Origin: Pseudomonadota bacterium
GTDB lineage: Bacteria; Bdellovibrionota; Bdellovibrionia; Bdellovibrionales; Bdellovibrionaceae
NCBI GenBank assembly: GCA_041178425.1
Contig: JBEGVH010000006.1
Location: 96,001-160,000 of the forward strand
DNA length: 64,000 nt
Direction: 5' to 3'
Shown here in pieces: positions 41,909 through 50,926 of this stretch; within the stretch, counting starts at the first letter, position 1; each line of letters begins with the position of its first letter. Below the pieces are notes generated by a model, which did not search any database, had not been told where the DNA came from, and worked only from the letters and a program-made list of their open reading frames with translations. Made by a program: the position numbers and the translations under genes.

Positions 41909-44243
41909 TCGTATCGATCTCCACCCAGGTGATTCCGTCGCCACCGGTTTCGGGGGTTCCAGCTTTCCATTTTTTTACATAAGCGCTTCGCGACAAATAG
42001 GCTCTGAGGGATCGTTTGAGAGCCTCTGTTCCGTGGCCATGAATAATTTTAATTCGGTCTTCGCCACGTAAAACAGCTTGATCGAGTTCTCTATCCACAG
42101 TCTCGATGGCCTTGTCGACCGTTTGTCCGCGAATGTCGATGGATGGGTCGTGAGTTGAGAGGCTTGTGTCGAATCCAGATCGATGTCGTAGAATTTTTGC
42201 TGTTGGGTTTTGACTGGTCGCCGGTGGTTTAAGTTCTCTCCAAGAAATGCTAAGACGAAGAGAGTTAGAAAGCACAGGGATATCGCCCTTGGCATTGGGT
42301 TGCCCTTGGATGATACCGTCTTGACCAAGGGAAGGAATATAAACCTTTGTTCCCGGAGGAAAACGTTGGATAAACTCAGAGGCACTTGTGATTGCATGGT
42401 CTTCAAGGGCATCGCCTTTTTTATGGCGAATAATTTGTGGTAGTTCTTGTTTGATGTTTTCTAGTTGTTTAAAGCGTTTGAAGGTGTCTTCGACTTTAGC
42501 ATGCGTAATTTTTTCGTCGATTTCTTTTTGAGTTTCCTTCGCTAAGCGATCAAGCATTTGTGCACGTTCTTTTTCAAATTGTAGAATCAATTCTCCATAT
42601 TTCTTTTTTTCTTTTTCAGCTTCGTGTGCTCGCTTGTTGAAATCTTTTTGGGTACTTAATAAATCTTGTTTGAGTTTTTCAAGTTCGTCAAAGGCTTGGC
42701 GCTGAGCCCTTTGTTCAGGAGAGAGGAGCTCGTAAGCACGATCGATAAGTGTGGGTGAAACACCCACGCGTTTTGCCGTTTGCAGAGCCAGGGAGTTTCC
42801 CGCTACTCCTGGGATGAATAAATAGGTTGGTCGACCTGATTTTTCGTCGTATTGAAGGCTGCCTTGGAGCACTTCAGATTCCGCACTCCAGCCGGTTTTA
42901 AGGGGGCCTAAATGCGAGGTAACCACGGCAAAGATTTTCTCTTTAGCATAAGTTTCGATAAAACTGCGGGCGAGTGCACTTCCTTCCTCGGGATCGGTCG
43001 AACCACAAATTTCATCAACCAGCAAAAGATTTTGCTCACCATGAAGTTGGGTGGCGCGATCAAGGATTTTTAAGTGCGCTGCAAAAGTCGATAGATGTTC
43101 ATCAACACTTTGTGAATCACCAATGGCTGTAACGATTTTTTCAAAAAAAGGAATTTCAGAGCCCTCTGAAGCAGCAATCGGCATTCCACAACGAGCCATT
43201 TGTGCCGCCAAGCCTAAAGATTTGAGAAGTACGGTTTTTCCGCCCGCATTAGGGCCTGTTAGGAGGAGAATTCTCTTTCCTTTAGCAAGAGCCAAGGTAT
43301 TGGGAACGATTCCATCCGCATTGAGAGCTAAGAGCGGGTGACGTAAGTTTTTAAGGTCTACATGGTCTTTAGAGAAATGAGGCGCATTCGCGTCTAAATG
43401 CTCAGCGAGAGCGGCTTGAGCCAGATAAAAATCGATTTCTTGGAGAATATCACGAGCAATAAAAAATTCACCGGCGCGAGATGTTAAATATTTTGAGAGT
43501 TCTTCAAGAAGTCTTTCGATTTCTTGCTCAATTCCCCATTCGACTTGTTTGAGGCGGCTATTCATTGGAATAACTTCCTCGGGTTCAATAAAAACTGTTT
43601 GTTTGCTTTGAGATTGCGCCTGGATGATTCCTTTAACAAAGTGTTGCGATCCCCCTTTGACGGGAACCACCCAACGACCTTCACGCGAAGTGACGTATTT
43701 ATCTTGGAGGTAGGGCTCCATATCATAATCACGAACGATTCGATCAAGAGTATTTTGAATTTGTTTGGTGATGCTTTCTTTTTCGCGAAACAAATTGAAG
43801 AGAGTTTCACTGGCATCATTGCGAATTTCTCCGCCGAGAGTAAAGATATTATCGATGGCGGAGAGGGGTTCGTCGGCTCTCATGAGCCTTTCAAAAAGAG
43901 ATTTGAGCCAATGGGATTGAAAATTGCGAATAACCTCTTTTAAAGCAATACTCTCGGTGCAGAAATGCCGTACATCCCGAATTTCTAATGCATTGAGCAC
44001 AGCTTGTTTTTTTAGTTTAATGTGCCAGGTCTCAAAAAGATCAAGGCTTTGCATATGGGGTCTGGTGCCTGTTTTTAATAAAGCTCTTGCTTCTTCAATT
44101 TTTAAAAAACTCTCTTCCGCCTCCTTCGATTGGGCTTTTGGTTGGAGGCTAAGGACAGCGGCCTTAGTGAGGGCGGCGGTAGCCATTCTTTCAAGATAAT
44201 TTAGGAGTTCGGTCCAATCCAAATTGTTAATGTCTTTTGCCAT
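41898..44243 (-). CDS. mutS2: Endonuclease MutS2
   Basis: 'TGPNAGGKT', 'HLSTFAAH', 'DEICGSTDP', coiled coil, C-terminal Smr 'IIHGHGT...GGDGIT'. Confidence 0.95.
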   Translation of the reverse strand: MAKDINNLDWTELLNYLERMATAALTKAAVLSLQPKAQSKEAEESFLKIEEARALLKTGTRPHMQSLDLFETWHIKLKKQAVLNALEIRDVRHFCTESIALKEVIRNFQSHWLKSLFERLMRADEPLSAIDNIFTLGGEIRNDASETLFNLFREKESITKQIQNTLDRIVRDYDMEPYLQDKYVTSREGRWVVPVKGGSQHFVKGIIQAQSQSKQTVFIEPEEVIPMNSRLKQVEWGIEQEIERLLEELSKYLTSRAGEFFIARDILQEIDFYLAQAALAEHLDANAPHFSKDHVDLKNLRHPLLALNADGIVPNTLALAKGKRILLLTGPNAGGKTVLLKSLGLAAQMARCGMPIAASEGSEIPFFEKIVTAIGDSQSVDEHLSTFAAHLKILDRATQLHGEQNLLLVDEICGSTDPEEGSALARSFIETYAKEKIFAVVTSHLGPLKTGWSAESEVLQGSLQYDEKSGRPTYLFIPGVAGNSLALQTAKRVGVSPTLIDRAYELLSPEQRAQRQAFDELEKLKQDLLSTQKDFNKRAHEAEKEKKKYGELILQFEKERAQMLDRLAKETQKEIDEKITHAKVEDTFKRFKQLENIKQELPQIIRHKKGDALEDHAITSASEFIQRFPPGTKVYIPSLGQDGIIQGQPNAKGDIPVLSNSLRLSISWRELKPPATSQNPTAKILRHRSGFDTSLSTHDPSIDIRGQTVDKAIETVDRELDQAVLRGEDRIKIIHGHGTEALKRSLRAYLSRSAYVKKWKAGTPETGGDGITWVEIDTNGQ

Positions 44244-44297
44244 GATGTCTTTCCACTCATTTTTAGGTTTTTTGTGGGATCGAATCAATGAGTTGGT

Positions 44298-45947
44298 CTA
44301 TCTTTGTTTTTGCGTGAATAGAGCAACAAAACCCACGAGCGTAAAGAAGAGTACTACAATAGGCCACAAATCGCCATAACGAGTATAAAGCGTCATAACG
44401 GGTTTTTCTTGGTAGGGGATCTTGAAGAGTGAAAACCACTCATCGTAGAGGGGCGAGAGATTAAGAATCTTTCCGGAGGCTTCAACCGCAGAGGTGAACC
44501 CCGTGTTGGTCACTCGAAGGAGGGGGCGTCGGTTTTCAATGGCTCGCGCAAAAGTCATAGACATGTGCTGAAAAGGCTCAGAATTTGGACCGAACCAGGA
44601 ATCATTGGTTAAATTAACAAGAATCTGCGCACCAGCCAGCGTGCCGATTCTAGAGAATTCAGGATAAAGCGCCTCGTAGCAAATTTGAGGGGCAATTTGG
44701 AGATTGTTGAAAAAAGGATCACTAAGGGTCAAACTCTGAGGCCCCGGACCTCTTGAAAAGCCCTTGCCAGAGGGAGAAATTTCAGTGAGATAGGGAAACC
44801 AATCGCCAAAAGGGGTGTATTCACCGAAGGCCAACAAATGCTTTTTTCGATAGGGAGTCGGTGATAAGGCTCGTTGAGCCCCAAGCATGAAAAGCGCATT
44901 ATAGGAATCATCTGGCTTTTGAGATCTGATTTCCTTTGAATATCCACCCGTAATAAGAAAGCGCTGAGTTTCTCGCAAAAAGTTTTCAATGATTTGAGGT
45001 CTTCGGCGACCCTTGAATTGCCCATCCAGATAGTCGGGGATTGCCGACTCCGGCCAAACCAAGACCTTTCCCTCGGGAAATTGTTCAATTGCTTTTCGAC
45101 TGAGAGAAATGAACCTGTCTAGGATAAAATCCTGGTATCCGATGCCTCTTTCGGCTGAAATCCGCTCCGTATTGCCAATGTTTGCTTGGATGGCTAGAAA
45201 AGGAATTTGTTTTTGGTCATTACTATCAAACCATGGAGCACCGTGCCTGTGGCCAGAATAATTCAGTAATGCAAAAAAAGCCAATGCCCCGCTGAGGCCA
45301 ATCAATGTATGGGCAACCACAGAGGGTTTTTCTGATTGGTGCCACCAAACAAAAAAAGCGTTAAAAAGTAATAAGACGAAGGACAGCCCTTGGAAGCCAA
45401 TGATATCAGCCCAGTGATAGGAGGGTAGTTTCGCCCAAAAGAGCGTGTAGCCCATATGCCACTGAAAGATATAAGGCCAATAAATTTCAGCGAGGGCCCA
45501 AGAGCCAGAGAGAAACAGTAGCCACCAAACCAGTTTGAGCGAATGAGAGGGGATTCTAGCAGAAAACCGTTCCCGCAGAAAAAAAATGGAAAGTCCGACG
45601 AGCGGAATATAAAGGTGCGCCAAACTGGCAAATAAAAATAAAACAACCAGGGCTAAGGGGGCCGGAATATTTCCGAACTCGTGGGCTGTATGATAAACCC
45701 AATGAAAACCGATAAGATTCAGAACAAATTGGCTTAACCACCCCGTCCAGAAAGCCTCTTTTCTTGAGTTGGCCCTAAAGAGCCAAAACCACCAGAGGGG
45801 GGCATAGTTAAACAGTGCGGCCCACGGAAAAAAAGGAATATACGAGGTGCCAGTCATGACTCCTGTGAGGAGGCTGGCACTTATGGCGACCTTATTTTGG
45901 CGACAAAAAAAGAACAGGTGATCTTTAAGGTTCTTGGTGGACAACAT
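44298..45947 (-). CDS. lnt: Apolipoprotein N-acyltransferase
   Basis: 'WPESA', 'YRKKHLLAFGEY', 'ICYE', 'TNDSWFG', 'RAIENRR', 'NTGF'. Confidence 0.95.
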   Translation of the reverse strand: MLSTKNLKDHLFFFCRQNKVAISASLLTGVMTGTSYIPFFPWAALFNYAPLWWFWLFRANSRKEAFWTGWLSQFVLNLIGFHWVYHTAHEFGNIPAPLALVVLFLFASLAHLYIPLVGLSIFFLRERFSARIPSHSLKLVWWLLFLSGSWALAEIYWPYIFQWHMGYTLFWAKLPSYHWADIIGFQGLSFVLLLFNAFFVWWHQSEKPSVVAHTLIGLSGALAFFALLNYSGHRHGAPWFDSNDQKQIPFLAIQANIGNTERISAERGIGYQDFILDRFISLSRKAIEQFPEGKVLVWPESAIPDYLDGQFKGRRRPQIIENFLRETQRFLITGGYSKEIRSQKPDDSYNALFMLGAQRALSPTPYRKKHLLAFGEYTPFGDWFPYLTEISPSGKGFSRGPGPQSLTLSDPFFNNLQIAPQICYEALYPEFSRIGTLAGAQILVNLTNDSWFGPNSEPFQHMSMTFARAIENRRPLLRVTNTGFTSAVEASGKILNLSPLYDEWFSLFKIPYQEKPVMTLYTRYGDLWPIVVLFFTLVGFVALFTQKQR

Positions 45948-46000
45948 GCTTCGATTCTAGTGATAATTACTGAGAAACGGCAAGAAATTAAGAGGTTAAA

Positions 46001-46675
46001 TTGCGAGTTCATTGCCCCCGATGCGGAAAACATTATTTGGTTGATACGTCGACGAATCTGTCGTGCGAAAAGGCCCATTTTATTTGTACGGCTTGTCAAT
46101 GTGAATTTCCACTGCATTCAAAAAGAGAAATGGTCTCTCGGGTGGCTTTGCCAGAGGTGAAACATTGCCCGTTTTGTTCCGAAATTTTAATGAACGATAA
46201 AGATGAGTGTCCGCGTTGCCTTAAAATTCCCAGCAAATTTGATTTGTCTTCAAAGTCACTTGAAACTCCAACGGCGAAAAGCACACTTCAAAAGCGGGCC
46301 GATGAGGCTTGGCAAGACTTATTGGATAATTTTTCAGAAACAACACAACATCAAGCGTTTGTTTCTCTCTGTCATCAGTTAGGTCATCTCGATTTTGCGG
46401 AAGAGCGCTATCAAAAACTTCGTGATATTATCGGTGATGATCATGAAATCGATAAGCGACTGCAACAGATCAATTTTTTGCGCTGGCAATCGCAGAAGGT
46501 TAAAACCTCTGACGTAGCGGAGCGCCCTCTGACTCGTTGGCAGTGGCAGGTTATTGTTGGAATCGTTGCCACAGTTCTTATTTTAATAGGGACGTTGGCG
46601 AGTCCACTGCGCTGGTTGGCTTCGCTCGGTTTATTTTTGGTTGCTGGGCTTTTTTTGAACAGCCTCAAGAAGTGA
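46001..46675 (+). CDS. Zinc-ribbon (MJ0042-type) membrane protein
   Basis: Four CxxC pairs (CPRC, CTAC, CPFC, CPRC) and two C-terminal TM helices. Confidence 0.7.
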   Translation: MRVHCPRCGKHYLVDTSTNLSCEKAHFICTACQCEFPLHSKREMVSRVALPEVKHCPFCSEILMNDKDECPRCLKIPSKFDLSSKSLETPTAKSTLQKRADEAWQDLLDNFSETTQHQAFVSLCHQLGHLDFAEERYQKLRDIIGDDHEIDKRLQQINFLRWQSQKVKTSDVAERPLTRWQWQVIVGIVATVLILIGTLASPLRWLASLGLFLVAGLFLNSLKK

Positions 46676-47974
46676 CTTACCAAATCCCGACATTCCCGAC
46701 GCAGATTCGCCAAGTTTAGCTGGGTTGCGTTTGCCTCGTTCTTCTGAATTAAACATTTCCGACTCATGAGAAAAGACAGGGGCATCGGCTGTGATATTGG
46801 CCGCCTGAACACCGGTTGCACCGATACCACTATCCAAAACGGTGAGGGCTTTATAAAGATTGAGTTTTCGAGATGTTCCTGTTTTGTTAATGAGAGTTTC
46901 TTCTCCGTCGCCCGTTGCGAGTAAATATTTTTTAGTTTCATCCACTGAAAAAGTCCCTTTGTGTGCCATGACAACAGCAGCTGCTCCGGTCACAAAGGCT
47001 GTCGCCTGAGAGGTTCCCGTCATAAATCCATAAGTGTTTCTTGGAAGCGTAGAAAGAATATTTTGCCCGGGGGCTGCGATCTGAACGGTTTCAACGCCAT
47101 AGTTACTTGATGGGAGGACCTGGGTGTTTGGATCGATTGCGGTTACTGAAATGATATTTGAAAGCCCATAGTCGGCTGGAAAATACTTATGATGATCAGA
47201 ATTGGATCTCTCGTTACCGGCGGCGGCAACAAAAAGAATTCCGCGTCGTTGAGCCTCTTGGATGGCCTTTTTTTCTTCTTCACTAAACTCTAAACCACCA
47301 CCGCTGTAATTGATAATATTCGCTCGCATTTTTGTTGCATAGTGAATGGCTTGTACAGTGTTTCGAAGATTGTCGGTTGGGGTTTTTGGGTCGTAATACT
47401 TTAAAATCATCATGCTCACCTTGGGGGCAATTCCAATAATGCCTTTTCCATTTCCTCCCTCTGCGCCTACGATGCCCGCGATGTGGGTGCCGTGGCCATG
47501 GTTGTCGGTGAGATCATTGTTGTTGTTGACAAAATTCCAACCGTAAAGATCGTCGATGAACCCATTGCCATCATCGTCGATGCCATTGGTGGCTTTGTTT
47601 CTTCCCTCAGAATCATTTCCAATCTCACCTGGATTTTGCCAAATGTTATTGCTTAAATCTTCGTGTCGGACGTCGCACCCGGTGTCGATGATAGCAACGA
47701 CAATGTGTCGGCTTCCTTGGGAGACTTGCCAAGCTTTTTCTGCGTCGGTTTTTTGAAGGTCCCACTTGGAACTGATCGCAGGATCATTGAAGACAACACT
47801 CGACTCATTTTGTGTTTTTGCATTAGGTGCAATATTTGTTTTTCCCAGTTCAAGATACCGGCCTGGTTCTCTATGAGCAAGCGGCCCTTGGCTTTGTTTT
47901 TGAAAAGAGGCAATAAAATACACAAAGGTTAGGCCAAGTAGCATTAAAAGAAGAATATTTTGCTGTTTCTTCAT
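46631..47974 (-). CDS. S8 subtilisin-family peptidase
   Basis: 'IIDTG', 'GHGTHIAG', 'AAGN', 'TGTSQAT'; N-terminal anchor. Confidence 0.92.
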   Translation of the reverse strand: MKKQQNILLLMLLGLTFVYFIASFQKQSQGPLAHREPGRYLELGKTNIAPNAKTQNESSVVFNDPAISSKWDLQKTDAEKAWQVSQGSRHIVVAIIDTGCDVRHEDLSNNIWQNPGEIGNDSEGRNKATNGIDDDGNGFIDDLYGWNFVNNNNDLTDNHGHGTHIAGIVGAEGGNGKGIIGIAPKVSMMILKYYDPKTPTDNLRNTVQAIHYATKMRANIINYSGGGLEFSEEEKKAIQEAQRRGILFVAAAGNERSNSDHHKYFPADYGLSNIISVTAIDPNTQVLPSSNYGVETVQIAAPGQNILSTLPRNTYGFMTGTSQATAFVTGAAAVVMAHKGTFSVDETKKYLLATGDGEETLINKTGTSRKLNLYKALTVLDSGIGATGVQAANITADAPVFSHESEMFNSEERGKRNPAKLGESASGMSGFGKSLLEAVQKKPSNQK

Positions 47975-47992
47975 TTCCGTAGGCTCCTTAGT

Positions 47993-48694
47993 CTAAGCAA
48001 TCTTTTTGATCTGCTCGAGCTTGTCTCTCATGACGGCGTTGACCTTGCGTAAGTTTTGTAGCTCCATTTGAAGTTGAAAGTTTTGACGTCGCAAGGCTGA
48101 AATTTCTTCTTCTGCCTGTTGAGTGAGACCTTGGTTTGAGGCAGGCGGATTCACAACGCGAGCGGTGGCTTTTTCGGCTAGAATTTCTGACGACGGCAAT
48201 GAGGGCATTGAGTAGGGCTTTAGCTCCAATTGATTTTCAATGTCGTCGGGAATGTGCAGATGAGGCGCGAATTTATCAAATTTTAATAATCCCTGTTGAG
48301 CAAGGGCTCGTGTTTCAGAAAGTAATTTTTCGATACTTGCTTGGGCCTGCTGAGGGCTGAATTCGGTTTCGTCCATGATGCTTCTGATTTTTGCGTATTG
48401 AGCGTGTCCGAGGCCCGCAAAGAGAATTTTATTTTTTTCTTCGGGGAGTGATTTTGCCACAGCAGCCAGAGTTATAGGTTGAGTGCGGCTGGTGACTTCG
48501 GCAAGTATTTCTACGGGCCATTTGAGGAGGTCGTCGAAGCCCAACATCTTTTGTTTGAGAGCATCATGCCATACCGGACTCTCATCGAGGATGATTTTAA
48601 AGAATTTCTCCCGTTTTGCGCTTCCGCAAGATTCGAGGAGTGCTAAGAGTTGGGAGAATCCACCCGATTTTTTATAACGGTCAATCATGCTCAT
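47993..48694 (-). CDS. FliG C-terminal-domain-like protein with coiled-coil tail
   Basis: 'KMLGFDDLLKW', helical armadillo-like region ending 'RALAQQGLL'; not in a flagellar operon. Confidence 0.55.
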   Translation of the reverse strand: MSMIDRYKKSGGFSQLLALLESCGSAKREKFFKIILDESPVWHDALKQKMLGFDDLLKWPVEILAEVTSRTQPITLAAVAKSLPEEKNKILFAGLGHAQYAKIRSIMDETEFSPQQAQASIEKLLSETRALAQQGLLKFDKFAPHLHIPDDIENQLELKPYSMPSLPSSEILAEKATARVVNPPASNQGLTQQAEEEISALRRQNFQLQMELQNLRKVNAVMRDKLEQIKKIA

Positions 48695-48751
48695 AGGAAC
48701 TCCATCAACGAGTGTTTATCACCAAGATCCCCAGCGATCTCTACTCTCTAT

Positions 48752-48779
48752 AAGTCGGCATTTTTGAGGTAAAACTTTA
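48752..48779 (-). promoter_or_regulatory. Candidate sigma28 (FliA) promoter
   Basis: Minus strand TAAAGTTT-N12-GCCGACTT versus consensus TAAAGTTT-N11-GCCGATAA. Confidence 0.5.
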
Positions 48780-48842
48780 CGTTAAAATGTGGCTCAGTTT
48801 GAGACGAGAAGGCGGGAGAGTTCTTTGTTCGGAGCTTGATAA

Positions 48843-48879
48843 AATAAATAAAACCCACCTTAGGTGGGTTTTATTTATT
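48843..48879. terminator. Long perfect hairpin / terminator after clpP
   Basis: AATAAATAAAACCCACCT-t-AGGTGGGTTTTATTTATT. Confidence 0.85.
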
Positions 48880-48898
48880 GCGAAGTAAAAAGTTAAAC

Positions 48899-49483
48899 TT
48901 AAATTTCGGATTTCTTTTCGATGATGCGTTCGATCAGGCCGTATTCTTTGGCGTGGATCGCAGTCATCCAGTAGTCACGGTCACAATCTCGTTTCATTTG
49001 ATCAACGGTTTTGCCGGTTTCTTTTGCTAATATTGAAAGGAGCTTTTCTTTTGTTTTGGATAACTCTTTTGAGGCAATTTCAATATCGCTAATGCGCCCA
49101 GTGATACCTTGACTCAATGGTTGATGAATGAGGAATTCACAGTTTGGAAGTGAGAGTCGATTCTTTTTTGGAACGGCAGTGAGAATGATCGTCGCAATGC
49201 TTGCACAAAGACCGGTGCAAACAATTTTTACCTCGGGTTCAATAAAACGAATAGCATCATAGATGGAAAAACCGGCTGTCACTTCTCCGCCTGGGCTATT
49301 TAAAAGAACTTTGATTGGTTCTTTATTGTTATCGGCTTCGAGAAGTAACAAATTCTGTATGAACTCTTTAGCTACTTTCGAGTCAATAGCATCAAAGAGA
49401 GTGAGGGTTCTTGTTTTAAGCATCTTCTCGCTGAGGGTGTTTTCTTTTTTCTCGTTTTCGGTCTCTTTATTGGCCTTAGTCAT
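48899..49483 (-). CDS. clpP: ATP-dependent Clp protease proteolytic subunit
   Basis: 'NSPGG', 'GLCASIA' (Ser), 'IHQP' (His), 'DRDYWM' (Asp). Confidence 0.92.
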   Translation of the reverse strand: MTKANKETENEKKENTLSEKMLKTRTLTLFDAIDSKVAKEFIQNLLLLEADNNKEPIKVLLNSPGGEVTAGFSIYDAIRFIEPEVKIVCTGLCASIATIILTAVPKKNRLSLPNCEFLIHQPLSQGITGRISDIEIASKELSKTKEKLLSILAKETGKTVDQMKRDCDRDYWMTAIHAKEYGLIERIIEKKSEI

Positions 49484-49775
49484 TTGAAGCTCCCTTACTG
49501 TTTCGACATTTCACCCATCTCGAGTCGTGATGTCAATTTGTCAATTTCACCCCTCTTTTTTCGGATTTTGACCGTGACTCTCAAGAGAGACTTAAGTCTA
49601 GTCTTTCGGCTATATATTTTTTGTTTACAGATAGATCTATTTCTAATGCCTCATTTTGGGATGTAATGCCCCCTAATGCTCTTCTTTGGTTAAGTCTTTA
49701 TCAAGAATTTTTCCATCGATTGACCGAGGGCTTGTTCTGCCATTTACATCGACCTCAACCAAAAAGGGAGGTTTT

Positions 49776-50396
49776 ATGAATCAATTCATAACTAAGAAAA
49801 TTCGCTCAAGTGTGTTGGCTGTGGCGCTGAGCTCAATGGCTTTTGCTTCGGTCGGTGCAGCTTCAGTTGCTCTTCCGCCAGGAACAGGTCCTACGAATCT
49901 TGTTGGGGCGACAACGGCTGCAGAATCGGATTTGGCCGGGGTCGTTTTGCACGACAAGTTGATTCCGTTCAAAATTTTAGGACTGGGCGGGGTTGTATTG
50001 TTTGCCGGAACTTTGCAAAATCGAGTGGTAAAATCTAATCAAACGGGAAATTTACATTTTTACTATCGCATTCGAGATACAAAAAGCGGTCTTAATGGTG
50101 TCGTTCGGCATTTGCAAACTCAGGGCTTTCATAATGTGAATCCACTTCTCGCCGACTGGCGTCCAGATGGCCTAGGTACTATTCATCCCGATACAGCAGA
50201 GCGGTCACCAGGGGCGGGCAATATTGTGCGGTTCAATTTTATTCCCCATGCGGGCATGGTTTTTTCAGGGGGCTTAGATACGAAATTTGTTTATCTAAAA
50301 ACGATGTATAAAAAATTCGCATCTGGTGGTCATACCCAAATTCGTCTTAAAACGGGAGAGTCGGTAATGCTACCAACTGTGTTGCCGAGGCTCTAG
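49776..50396 (+). CDS. Secreted beta-rich hypothetical protein
   Basis: RBS GGAGG, signal peptide, 'LHFYYRI'. Confidence 0.7.
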   Translation: MNQFITKKIRSSVLAVALSSMAFASVGAASVALPPGTGPTNLVGATTAAESDLAGVVLHDKLIPFKILGLGGVVLFAGTLQNRVVKSNQTGNLHFYYRIRDTKSGLNGVVRHLQTQGFHNVNPLLADWRPDGLGTIHPDTAERSPGAGNIVRFNFIPHAGMVFSGGLDTKFVYLKTMYKKFASGGHTQIRLKTGESVMLPTVLPRL

Positions 50397-50581
50397 TGTG
50401 TAGCGGTGGCATCGAGGTTTTAATCTGAAAGTGATCATCAAGACGAGTGTATTTTCTTAGAAAATTATGCTCGTCTTATCATAAGAAGAACTGAAGATTC
50501 CTTAATGAGTGGTTTAATTCTCTTAAATTCGAAAGGCCTATGCTAGGGTTCGGCTAGTCTTGATGAGTGAGGGAGCAGCTG

Positions 50582-50926
50582 ATGATTAAGACTCTTTTAG
50601 TAATAGATGATGAGCCTGATATTCTTGAGATCGTTGCTGAGCAGATTGAGCTCCTGGGGTATGATTTTAAAGTACTCAAAGCTCAAAATGTTGACGAGGC
50701 GGAGCGATTGATTCCCTCTTGTGATGCCATAATCTCTGACATAAAGATGCCAAATAGCGCTAAACTCGAAAAAATTCTACATCATTGCCAAAAACCCGTC
50801 GCACGGATCACCGGGCACGATGAATTTCACGGTGATTTGGTCATAAAGAAACCCATCGATCTTAAAGTCTTAGTTGCGGTTATTGATCGGCTCCAGGGGC
50901 TCACAAAGAATGAGTTGAGGGGTTAA
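50582..50926 (+). CDS. Single-domain response regulator
   Basis: 'IDDEPD', 'SDIKMP', 'ITGH', 'KP'. Confidence 0.85.
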   Translation: MIKTLLVIDDEPDILEIVAEQIELLGYDFKVLKAQNVDEAERLIPSCDAIISDIKMPNSAKLEKILHHCQKPVARITGHDEFHGDLVIKKPIDLKVLVAVIDRLQGLTKNELRG

